The notes below the pieces were generated by a model that had not been told where the DNA came from, did no database searches, and was given only the letters and a program-made list of their open reading frames with translations. Of a stretch of 16,800 nt of DNA, positions 8,690 through 16,800 are shown piece by piece. The translations under genes and the position numbers were made by a program. The stretch comes from a plasmid, in sequence record NZ_CP019922.1, one strand, 5' to 3'. The first letter of the stretch is position 1, and each line of letters opens with the position of its first letter.

Positions 8690-9016
8690 TTATAAAATAT
8701 GACCCATCTTTTTTGAAGCAATTTGTATTTCGTGTTTTGTAGATTTTCGGCTCATTATTTTTTTTGCTTGTTCAATTCTTAATTGAATTGTTTCTTTCAT
8801 GCTATTTGTAATAGGTTTGGGTCTTCTAAAGTCCATTAGAAAATATGTGCAAAAATCTTCTAAAAGGTAAGGACGGTTGTCTACATGGATTGCGCATTTT
8901 AAAATTTTTGATTTTTTAGATATAGTATTTTTGCTAATTGAAAGATTATAAGAATCTTCTAATATATTTTGGAATTCTTTTAAAGAATAAAGTCTTACAC
9001 CGTTAATACTTAACAT
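8690..9016 (-). CDS. Hypothetical protein, 108 aa, upstream of the PF57/62 gene on the same strand
   Basis: ATG start with RBS 'TGAGG' 6-10 nt upstream. No recognisable motif. Confidence 0.55.
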   Translation of the reverse strand: MLSINGVRLYSLKEFQNILEDSYNLSISKNTISKKSKILKCAIHVDNRPYLLEDFCTYFLMDFRRPKPITNSMKETIQLRIEQAKKIMSRKSTKHEIQIASKKMGHIL

Positions 9017-9168
9017 AAATACCTCATAATTTCATTTTATTATATATTGCATGTTAGTTTCAAGGATGTTAGGTTATATGTTGAATACTTTTGTTAGGGT
9101 GTTTGTCAAGAGCTTATTAGATTATGTAGCTTGGGCAGATTGCAGTAATTTGTCTTTCCAAAAAAAAA

Positions 9169-10122
9169 TTACAATAATGTGATATTTTTAAGAAATGGGG
9201 TTACATTTGAAGCTTGGTTTAAGTATTTTTTTTCAATTTTATCTTCTAATAAGGTGATATCGATTCTGATACAGCTATTTTCTTGTATAATATTGATGTC
9301 ATTTAATATAAAGTCTAAGTCATTTAAGTTTAAATTTTTAATCAAAAAATTTGTTCTTTCTAAGAAGATTAACTTTATTTTACCTCCCAACCCATTCTTA
9401 TTCTCAATAAAAGATCTTAATGTTTTTAGAATTTTTTGTTTATTGTTGATAGTTTTTATTTGATTTGAATTTGTTAAAACTAGTTCTTCGTAGATTTTTG
9501 TGCTTAGATTTAGCAACATTCTATTCGTTGTTTTAGTGTTCGTATTTAAATTTTCATTAGTTTTTATATCTGCGGTATTAAGAGTTTTAATATTTGAATA
9601 GCTGATTTTTGTTAAAAACGGAAGTTTAATAGTCTTATCGATGCCTTTTAATAGTAAATTAACTTTTTGGTTGTTTGCTTTGTTTTCAAAAAGGTAAGTA
9701 TTGTTATTTTTTATAATAGGAATAAACGCATTTTCTATATTTTCTTTTCTATAAATAGATCCAAGTATTTTAAGTTCGATTAAGTAAATTTCATCTTTAT
9801 TGATAGCTTTTAAGTCAATTGTGTAAACTTTGACTACCATCATGTCATAAACTATTTTTAGTTTTTCTTCACTTACATAGTTAATATAAAATTCAAGTTT
9901 TCCCTTTAGAATGTCTTGTGGTAATTTAGAAAGTTCATTTGACCTTAATTGTAGACTAATAATTCCGCCTTTAAATGTTTTAAGTGCTATATTCTCTTTT
10001 GAATTTGTTTGAATAATTTTTTCAAAATTAAGTTCAAATTTAAAAGCTATTGGGTTGATAATGAAGATTTTTTTGTTTTTTACAAAGTAAGTATTAATAA
10101 TTGACCTTGGGTCAGTATACAC
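9169..10122 (-). CDS. Hypothetical protein, 317 aa
   Basis: Long ORF. GTG start preceded by strong RBS 'TAGGAGAAATC'. The next in-frame ATG is about 93 codons downstream. Asn/Lys-rich with no recognisable motif. Confidence 0.65.
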   Translation of the reverse strand: MYTDPRSIINTYFVKNKKIFIINPIAFKFELNFEKIIQTNSKENIALKTFKGGIISLQLRSNELSKLPQDILKGKLEFYINYVSEEKLKIVYDMMVVKVYTIDLKAINKDEIYLIELKILGSIYRKENIENAFIPIIKNNNTYLFENKANNQKVNLLLKGIDKTIKLPFLTKISYSNIKTLNTADIKTNENLNTNTKTTNRMLLNLSTKIYEELVLTNSNQIKTINNKQKILKTLRSFIENKNGLGGKIKLIFLERTNFLIKNLNLNDLDFILNDINIIQENSCIRIDITLLEDKIEKKYLNQASNVTPFLKNITLL

Positions 10123-10165
10123 GATTTCTCCTATAGATGCACTTTGAAATTTATATAAATTGGGA

Positions 10166-10184
10166 TTAGATATAATCTAATCTT
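10166..10184. promoter_or_regulatory. Palindrome GATTAGAT-ATA-ATCTAATC in the divergent promoter region between the 317-aa gene and the lipoprotein gene
   Basis: Perfect 8-bp arms with a 3-bp centre, about 45 bp upstream of the GTG start at 10122. Confidence 0.35.
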
Positions 10185-10348
10185 TAAATTGGTTTTTGTT
10201 AGAACAACACCTAATAATAATAGTTTTTTAATTTTAATTCAAGCTCTAAAATTAGAATGTTTTTATTTGAATTAATTATATTATTTAATTTTCTAATTTT
10301 TGAGAAATTTTTTTAAAATAAATATAAGATAAACTAAGGGGGGTTTTA

Positions 10349-10927
10349 ATGAATTCAAAATTTATTTTAAAGTATTTTATTTTGGCGTTTTTTTTAGTTT
10401 CTTGTCAAACTTATCAAATAGCTTATGATAGGTTTTCTCAAGTATTAGATTCACAATATGATATTGGGGTAAATTATTCTAGAGATGGAATATTTAAGTC
10501 TGTAATTTCTATTAAATATGATAAATTGAAAAATAAAAGGGAATATTTTATTTTAGTTAGAGTTGAATCTAGAAATTCTAGTCAAATAAAGCCCGAAAAG
10601 ATAATAACAGATACTAGATTTGAGGCTAAAGGAGAGTTGGTTTCAGAGGATAGCAAACGTGTTGTTTATTATAACGATTTTTATGATTCATATTTTCCTT
10701 ATGATTACACAACAGTGATTACTGAAAAAAATATTAAGGTAGAAATTTATAAATTTATTATTTCAGAAAGCGAATTTATAAGATTTGTTGCCTTGGGAAA
10801 TGATAATATAGCAGCATTTAGAATCTATGCGTTCAGAAATGATGTTATTGTAAGTTTTAATAAGATTCCTTTTAAAAAGTTTTTGGATGATTTTAATTCA
10901 AAAGTTAAATTACTTGGTGGCAGTTGA
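10349..10927 (+). CDS. Lipoprotein, 192 aa
   Basis: RBS 'AAGGGGGG' before the ATG. N-terminus 'MNSKFILKYFILAFFLVSC' gives a signal peptide and lipobox LVSC. Confidence 0.75.
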   Translation: MNSKFILKYFILAFFLVSCQTYQIAYDRFSQVLDSQYDIGVNYSRDGIFKSVISIKYDKLKNKREYFILVRVESRNSSQIKPEKIITDTRFEAKGELVSEDSKRVVYYNDFYDSYFPYDYTTVITEKNIKVEIYKFIISESEFIRFVALGNDNIAAFRIYAFRNDVIVSFNKIPFKKFLDDFNSKVKLLGGS

Positions 10928-11061
10928 CTTAAATTTAAATAATTTTTAAGCCCAAGTTAAGTAATTATTTGTTAAAAAGGATATAGATTAAGGGTGTTTA
11001 GTATAAACAAGGTTTTTGATATTAGTTTATTATAATATCGACTTTAAAATGTTTTTAATAT

Positions 11062-11745
11062 CTAATCTTTTGAAAAATTAATAAATTCTAGTATCGCTTT
11101 TTCATTTCTCAGCAAGAATAGCCCTTCCCTTATTCCATTATGGAATTCTTCAAAGGAAATTAAGATTGTTTTTAAATTTTTATCTTTATCATCTATATTG
11201 TCGTAATAAAATATAAAGTAAGGTCTTCCAGTATTATCTTTAAAGCCAAGAAAATTTACAAATATTGCTGTTTCTTGAAAATCTGTTTTTAAATTGTATG
11301 AGTGACCATTTTTGTATAAAAAAATTCCATTTCCTTCAAGATTTTTAATTTCTAAATTATTGATTGTATTTTTAATTTTAGCAAAACTCTCAATTGCTTG
11401 TAAAATATATTTTATTGATGAAAATTTGGTATAGTATATGCGGTTATTGATTTGAAATTCTAAAAAGATTCCGCATTCATTACCGGCTCTAATTACATCT
11501 TGCTCATTTTTAATAGAAGTTGCAATTTTTTTGTCAATAACAAGATTGATTTTGAATGTAGAAATATGGTTTAAGGTTTTTACATTGTTAATTGCTAAAT
11601 TTTCTGCTAGATAGACTTTATAATTAATAAATATCCCTTTTAGATTTTTAATTTTAGCTTGTTTAAATTCATAGTTTATATTTTGAGCATATATTGCCAA
11701 ATTTTTAATCAAAAATATTAAGAATATAAAAGTTTTATTTTTCAT
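11062..11745 (-). CDS. Secreted or periplasmic hypothetical protein with a type I signal peptide, 227 aa
   Basis: ATG start. 'MKNKTFIFLIFLIKNLAIYAQ' has n-, h- and c-regions with an AxA-like cleavage site and no Cys, so it is not a lipoprotein. Confidence 0.7.
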   Translation of the reverse strand: MKNKTFIFLIFLIKNLAIYAQNINYEFKQAKIKNLKGIFINYKVYLAENLAINNVKTLNHISTFKINLVIDKKIATSIKNEQDVIRAGNECGIFLEFQINNRIYYTKFSSIKYILQAIESFAKIKNTINNLEIKNLEGNGIFLYKNGHSYNLKTDFQETAIFVNFLGFKDNTGRPYFIFYYDNIDDKDKNLKTILISFEEFHNGIREGLFLLRNEKAILEFINFSKD

Positions 11746-11959
11746 TATACAACTTATTATATGATAGCAGTCTTGAATAATTTTAGTAAACCTTTTTTAT
11801 AGATTAAGTCTGAAATTTATAAAAATTTTAGTTATAAAAGTAGTTTTTGTTGATTTTTTAGAGAATATGTCTTTCAATATTTTGCAGAGATTTGTGTTAG
11901 ATGATAATCTACTATTTATAAATCAAGGATTATAAAAACAGCTTTTTCCTTTATTCTGG

Positions 11960-12300
11960 ATAGCTATACAATAATTGTCTTACAATTTCATGCAATTCTA
12001 AATCATTAATACTCTTTCTAAACATTCCTTTTTGTATAGCTTTAATTTATAGTTTTCTATTGCTATGTTTTTATAATTAGCCATAAATATAGGCATAAAT
12101 GTGTAAATTCTAAGCTTTCATCTTTTTTTATCCAAATAATACTTTATTTTCTGTTCTGTGTAGAAAAGAACCCTTAATAAATCCAATTATGACAATGATT
12201 ACATTCATTTATTATTAGAATTTGCCTCCAATATTTAACTTTCTAAATTCATCAATAACCCAAAGATAGTAATCTTAAAGATTTATAAGAAAAAATATTT
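11960..12300. repeat. Degenerate dispersed repeat, copy D; its 3' tail forms the left arm of a perfect inverted repeat
   Basis: 'GTCTTACAATTTCATGCAATTCTAAATCATTAATACT...CATTCCTTTTTGTATA...TTTCTATTGCTATGTTTTTATAATTAG' is co-linear with A (1140-1290) and B (4050-4200). The tail 'TTCTAAATTCATCAATAACCCAAAGATAG' matches the tail blocks of A and B. Confidence 0.65.
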
Positions 12301-12665
12301 TATTTATTTATATGAGCATTACTTAAGCCATTATTCTAGCTTTGAATAATATTTGATCTTCTCTGCAAAAATCTAATTTAAAAAAAAATTTTAAAAATAC
12401 ATGGTAATACTCAATTATTGAACTAATAATTGAGTATTAAATATTCTCCTTTTTTAAAATTAAAAGAATTTATTATCAATATTTACTTCATACCATACAT
12501 TCTTTTAAATAAACCTCTTATCTTTAAGGGGTTTTCTTTTTATTAAATCTTTAAGATTACTATCTTTGGGTTATTGATGAATTTAGAAAGTTAAATATTG
12601 GAGGCAAATTCTAATAATAAATGAATGTAATCATTGTCATAATTGGATTTATTAAGGGTTCTTTT
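12165..12665. repeat. Perfect 121-bp inverted repeat (12165-12285 and 12544-12665) with a 258-bp spacer that contains its own 14-bp-arm palindrome (12406-12438)
   Basis: Base-by-base reverse-complement identity of 'AAAAGAACCCTTAATAAATCCAATTATGACAATGATTACATTCATTTATTATTAGAATTTGCCTCCAATATTTAACTTTCTAAATTCATCAATAACCCAAAGATAGTAATCTTAAAGATTTA'. The inner hairpin is 'AATACTCAATTATT-GAACTA-AATAATTGAGTATT'. Confidence 0.9.
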
Positions 12666-12981
12666 ACATAAAGAATTTGCTATGCAATTTTAATTTTTGT
12701 TTGTAATCGCCAATTATTAAAAATAAAATTATTAAAGGGAATTAATGTAAAATTAATTACCTTTAAATATACTTCTTTTAGAGAATATATCATTACTAAT
12801 ATTAATCTATTACTAATGATATTATTAAATTAAAGATCTATAGAAACATCAGTTTACTTATTATTAGAATTAAAGTTTATGTAAATTATAGGTTAAAAAT
12901 TTTTTGTAATCTTTAGTAAGAATGTTAAACCTATCTTTTATTAAAGACAGGCTTTGTATTATAACAATTTCAATATGCAAT

Positions 12982-13203
12982 TTAAAGGCTACTATATATT
13001 GAATATATGTCATTTTTTAGTTTTTCTGCTTCTTTTCTTTTTTCTGAGACTTGATTGCAAATATCTTCTGTATGAGATTTAAGTGCATTTTCATCTGTTT
13101 GTATGTTATTTATATTATTTTGATAGTCTAATAAGAGTTGCTGCATCATTTCTGAGACTGTTGTTTTTGTAGATAAAAATTTTCCCAAATAATATTTAAG
13201 CAA
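12982..13203 (-). CDS. Small coiled-coil-like hypothetical protein (73 aa from a TTG start, or 55 aa from the first ATG)
   Basis: Overlaps the stop of the upstream ORF by 8 nt, suggesting coupling. The start codon is TTG as called. The first ATG is at codon 18-19. Confidence 0.35.
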   Translation of the reverse strand: MLKYYLGKFLSTKTTVSEMMQQLLLDYQNNINNIQTDENALKSHTEDICNQVSEKRKEAEKLKNDIYSIYSSL

Positions 13204-13660
13204 TACAAGATTTAGTAAAGCGTATATTTTTATTTTTTGATTTAATTTCAGTTATTTTTAGGATTTTTATTATTTTAATCATATTTTCTTTATCAATATT
13301 TAATGTTAATAAAATTGAAATAATTTCTTTACATAAAAAGTCACATTTATTGAAATGCTTTATTACTTGATACTTTTCTATTTCGTTAATTTTTCTTTCT
13401 TCTTTTATATTATTATTACAATTCTCCAATTGTACACTACCCATTTTTGTATCAGAATTTTTATTAAAATAGTTGGCAACTCTATTTTGAAATCTTTTTT
13501 CTTTTTTTTCTTTAAAGTGTTGGTTTATCTTATGGTAACAATCTTTTTTAGGATAATTAAGCTTATAATAAATTTCTGTACCCGAATTTACCCCCATATG
13601 TTGATAGTAATTTGTTGTGACTTTTATTTCTTTTTGTAGTCTATAAATATACTTTTGCAT
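13196..13660 (-). CDS. Hypothetical protein, 154 aa
   Basis: Long ORF whose stop overlaps the start of the next small ORF. Charged and Lys-rich. Confidence 0.5.
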   Translation of the reverse strand: MQKYIYRLQKEIKVTTNYYQHMGVNSGTEIYYKLNYPKKDCYHKINQHFKEKKEKRFQNRVANYFNKNSDTKMGSVQLENCNNNIKEERKINEIEKYQVIKHFNKCDFLCKEIISILLTLNIDKENMIKIIKILKITEIKSKNKNIRFTKSCIA

Positions 13661-13889
13661 AGTTCTTAGTGTAGAAATAGTTTGCCCGTTTTTTATAGAT
13701 TTTCATTGAAATAATATAATATGGTTTTTGGGGTATATTTTAGATTTTTGGTATTTAAATAGCTTGTAGAAATAAGAACTATCAATTTATATTTATATTG
13801 GTTATAATTTAGAATATTACTAGATTAATATATCTAGACTTTATTTTCTATTTAATATACAATTAATTAGGAAGCATTATGTGCTCCAA

Positions 13890-14021
13890 ATGGATGATAA
13901 CCAGATAAAGGGCTTTAAGTGGCTTAAGGAAGATAAGTTACTTAAAGCCCTTATCGCATTTATACTAATTTCCCTAATTTACGTTTTATTTTGTTTAGAG
14001 CGTTATATTATTAATTTTTAA
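13890..14021 (+). CDS. Possible small membrane peptide, 43 aa (MDDNQIKGFKWLKEDKLLKALIAFILISLIYVLFCLERYIINF)
   Basis: ATG with 'AGGAAG' about 15 nt upstream. One predicted transmembrane helix. Below the ORF-track length cut-off. Confidence 0.2.
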   Translation: MDDNQIKGFKWLKEDKLLKALIAFILISLIYVLFCLERYIINF

Positions 14022-14258
14022 TCATAAAATGGAGGATTAGTTTTGTAATTGTATATATTTTTAGCTTTAATTGTTCTTTATTAGGCCTTTAATACTCTAA
14101 AGTATTATGCTATTTCGCAAAAATAATTTTCTGGATTATATTAGCTTACATATTAGGATGAGAATTATAAATTTTAGTGCAACAACCTTCTACAGGGTAA
14201 AGGAGTGTATAAAGGCCTCTAAAGCTTTCATTTTCTTTATTTGTGGAACATTTGAAGA

Positions 14259-14414
14259 TTACTTTTGGATTTTTTCTAATATTTCAAGATATTCTAACAG
14301 GGTTTTAGAATCAACTTCATGTTGATTAGTTTTAGCTAGAGCCTTATTAAACTTGCTTCTTATTAAGGAATAAGCATAATTTTTATTTGCACTATGGAAT
14401 AATTTTTTATTCAT
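14259..14414 (-). CDS. Possible small ORF, 51 aa (MNKKLFHSANKNYAYSLIRSKFNKALAKTNQHEVDSKTLLEYLEILEKIQK)
   Basis: ATG start. A 17-bp palindrome 'AGCAAATT-A-AATTTGCT' (14452-14468) lies 40-55 bp upstream. The plus-strand 72-aa ORF on the opposite strand is judged spurious. Confidence 0.2.
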   Translation of the reverse strand: MNKKLFHSANKNYAYSLIRSKFNKALAKTNQHEVDSKTLLEYLEILEKIQK

Positions 14415-14789
14415 ATGATCTAGTGTTTTGACAAGAATGATTAACTTATTCTTAGCAAATTAAATTTGCTTTGTTATTCTTGCCAATGTATTGTTAATTA
14501 CTCCATCCATAATGAATTAGCCCCCTATTATATTAAATTTATATTATAAATATAGCACAGTATTTTTTTAAATTTTTTTAGCGTAAAACAATATATTTCT
14601 AAAGTTTTGCATAAGCTTATTTTATAATGTATTTATAATTAAGTAGTAGTGATTTTTTGTAAAAATTGTTTTAATTCTTCATAGAATAATACGTAGTAGT
14701 CTTTTATTTTTAATAAAACTCTTTCTAAGGAGCAATTAACTTTATAATAAATTATAGATTTAGGATTTTTCTTAAAATAAAGTTTGACT

Positions 14790-14867
14790 ATGACGGTTAT
14801 TTCTTTTTCTAATTTGCGTTTTATTTATATATTTTTTAGTTTTAATTGTTCTTTATTAGGCCTATGA
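14790..14867 (+). pseudogene. Truncated lipoprotein signal-peptide remnant (MTVISFSNLRFIYIFFSFNCSLLGL*); paralogous remnants at 14058-14088 and 15646-15738
   Basis: The 29-bp block 'TTTTAG(C/T)TTTAATTGTTCTTTATTAGGCC', encoding FSFNCSLLG followed by a stop, occurs twice at 28/29 identity. The 5' leaders 14725-14810 and 15583-15670 are about 75% identical direct repeats with RBS-like AAGGAG / AAGGGGG. Confidence 0.3.
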
Positions 14868-15034
14868 GACACTATAATACATTTGCAATACCTGATTTTT
14901 TAATTAATTTGGGATATATAATTTAAAATATGGTATCACCCCCATTATACACCTTAAAACAACTTTAGATTAAGGGGAGAAACACCTTTAGTAATATACT
15001 AAAGATGTTTCTCTTTTTAATATCATTATATAGT

Positions 15035-15391
15035 CTATTTATAGTAGTTCATAATTTTTGTGTAACATATTTTTAAAGGATAATTGATTATGTAGTAAAG
15101 TTTGAATATATTTTTTTCTACTTTATATTTATTAGTTATAATTTTTAGGTTGTTTTCTAAAAAATCGAGATACTTTATTAATAAGTCTATGTCTATTTCA
15201 ATATCTTTACTAGTATTGCAATATCTATCTATGTTAAAAGTAAACGCACGGCGTATAAAGCCCCTACTATAGTATCCAATATTTTTTGAATTTAGGTCAA
15301 TGTTGTTTAGTGTGTAAATAAGAATTATTAAGTGTGAAGATAGCCTATTTTTGCTATTCATACTTAATATTTCTTTTAAAAATTTTTCCAA
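15035..15391 (-). CDS. Hypothetical protein (118 aa from TTG at 15391, or 108 aa from ATG at 15361)
   Basis: An ORF longer than chance in AT-rich DNA, but the start is ambiguous and the RBS is weak. It may be a gene fragment. Confidence 0.35.
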   Translation of the reverse strand: MEKFLKEILSMNSKNRLSSHLIILIYTLNNIDLNSKNIGYYSRGFIRRAFTFNIDRYCNTSKDIEIDIDLLIKYLDFLENNLKIITNKYKVEKNIFKLYYIINYPLKICYTKIMNYYK

Positions 15392-15997
15392 ATAGTGCCC
15401 CAGTAATTTTTATTATTTATCAAATAAAAATATATGTCTTTACATTTATATTTCTAAATTGCTTAATTTGCAAAGAAATATTTTTTACGATTAAATAGTA
15501 GTAGGATAGTTTAGTTCTAACCGTAGTTTTAGTTTATCTGCTATTGTTTGATAGTAGTCTTGTATTGTTGAACGAAACACTTTAAGGGGGATTAATTTTA
15601 TAATAAATCATATATTTGGACTGGTTTTTAAAAGATAGTTTTACTATGGTTTTTGTTTTTTCTAATATATCAAGATATTTATTCATTGTTGGTAGATCGC
15701 AAGAATTTTTATTATCTTTTTTAAGAATTTCGTTGTAAAATTTTAATAGTTTTTTTGAGAATAATTATTCAATTCTAGATTTAATAATGTATTGTCACAT
15801 AAAGCAGGCATACCCCAGTAAACTCAATTTCTAATTGATGGAGTTGTTTTTCTATTTCTGATTGGTTATTTATTATTTCTAATTGTGTTTTTTCTATTTC
15901 TGAGCACTTGTTTTTTTGATTTTTTTTCATAATATTATAGTATATAAAAAAAATAGTATTAAAATTTTCAAGAATATTGGTAATTTATAAAGATTTT

Positions 15998-16589
15998 TTA
16001 TAAGTTGCTAATAATTCTTAACAAATTGTCTCCATTTATTATGTAGTTGGTATAGTAATAACTACTACTACTATCAGCATTATTGTTAATGCTAGGCATG
16101 ATTAAATGTATGTATTCTTTAAAATTGTCGACATGAATATGCGAGTCTTTGTTGTTTTCTTTTTGGGTTTGATTTTCTCTAACATCTTTAGCCCTAAAAC
16201 TTCCTCCATATTGAATTGCATCTTTAAGTCGAGAAATATTCCCATTTGGAATTTCTAAAAGCTTTTTAGTTTCTGTGCCACTTTCTTTAGTCATCCCATT
16301 AATAATAATATTTCCGTCAACTTGTTTTTCTATTTTTAAGATAGTTTGAATATAAGGTGGGTAGTTAATAGTAGAATTAATATTATCATTTTGGTTAGTA
16401 ATAATGGTTGAACGTGTATCTTTTAACGCTTGAATTTCGTTTGAAAATTGAATATTTGTTTGACGACTCATTTATTTGATATTCGCTTATTTTTTCTTTA
16501 TTTGACATGTTTAGTGGATTATTTTGATCAGAATTACTTAAATTACATGAAAAGACTAATAAAATAATGAATATCAATAATTTGTTCAT
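15998..16589 (-). pseudogene. Frameshifted lipoprotein gene: signal peptide in one frame (16395-16589), body in another frame (15998-16471)
   Basis: 'MNKLLIFIILLVFSCNLS' (lipobox VFSC) begins at an ATG at 16589. The 157-aa body ORF continues in a different frame, and the two overlap at 16395-16471. A T6/A6 run at 16490-16495 lies near the junction. Confidence 0.45.
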
Positions 16590-16638
16590 GGATATTATAG
16601 CTCCTATTAAACTTGCAAAAACCGCTTATAATATTATA

Positions 16639-16690
16639 GATCAGGTTTATTGATAATCAATAAACCTGATCAACGATTATTCTAATCGTT
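16639..16690. promoter_or_regulatory. Two adjacent perfect palindromes upstream of the frameshifted lipoprotein gene: 16+1+16 bp (GATCAGGTTTATTGAT-A-ATCAATAAACCTGATC) and 8+3+8 bp (AACGATTA-TTC-TAATCGTT)
   Basis: Exact palindromes read from the sequence, about 50-100 bp upstream of the ATG at 16589 on the minus strand. Candidate operators. Confidence 0.4.
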
Positions 16691-16800
16691 TTAAAAAAAA
16701 CAAGAGAATAAAATTGCAAAAATTAAAGTTTTATCATTTCGGGTTAAAGTTTAGTATTTTCAAGTTAAAGTTAGCAATTTAAAGGGTAAAGTTTTGAGTC

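Noticed and set aside
8458-9463. Plus-strand ORFs 8458-8640 and 9179-9463
   Set aside because: They are antisense to or overlap the PF57/62 5' end and the 317-aa gene, with Phe/Ile/Leu-rich low-complexity products typical of shadow ORFs.
12735-12768. Imperfect inverted repeat AAAGGGAATTAAT...ATTAATTACCTTT
   Set aside because: The arms are short and carry a mismatch, in AT-rich sequence. It is not distinguishable from chance.
13355-14325. Plus-strand ORFs 13355-13639 and 14107-14325
   Set aside because: The first is antisense to the 154-aa minus-strand gene. The second is antisense to a better-formed small minus-strand ORF. Both are Phe/Ile-rich.

Overview
Extremely AT-rich DNA (about 25-28% GC) with low coding density and many decayed repeats, typical of a Borrelia (Lyme or relapsing-fever spirochete) linear plasmid. 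The recognisable genes are plasmid-maintenance paralogs. One is a PF32-type ParA ATPase (2743-3483, -) translationally coupled to a small downstream ORF with a ribbon-helix-helix (RHH)-like motif (2483-2752, -). Immediately upstream of the parA start sit 7 perfect plus 1 degenerate 21-bp tandem repeats. An orphan PF57/62-type putative replication initiator (7422-8534, -) lies about 4 kb away, preceded on the same strand by 108-aa and 317-aa hypothetical genes. The rest is a basic 220-aa hypothetical protein (5155-5817, +), two lipoprotein genes, a signal-peptide protein, and several small or decayed ORFs including a frameshifted lipoprotein. The gene content, the separation of PF32 from PF57/62 and the 16.8-kb size recall the B. 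burgdorferi lp17 plasmid family; this is from memory and not verified. About 40% of the window is a mosaic of degenerate direct repeats (likely pseudogene remnants) that flank the functional modules. A perfect 121-bp inverted repeat, several long perfect palindromes in promoter regions, and a C11 homopolymer are notable. No rRNA, tRNA or CRISPR arrays were found.
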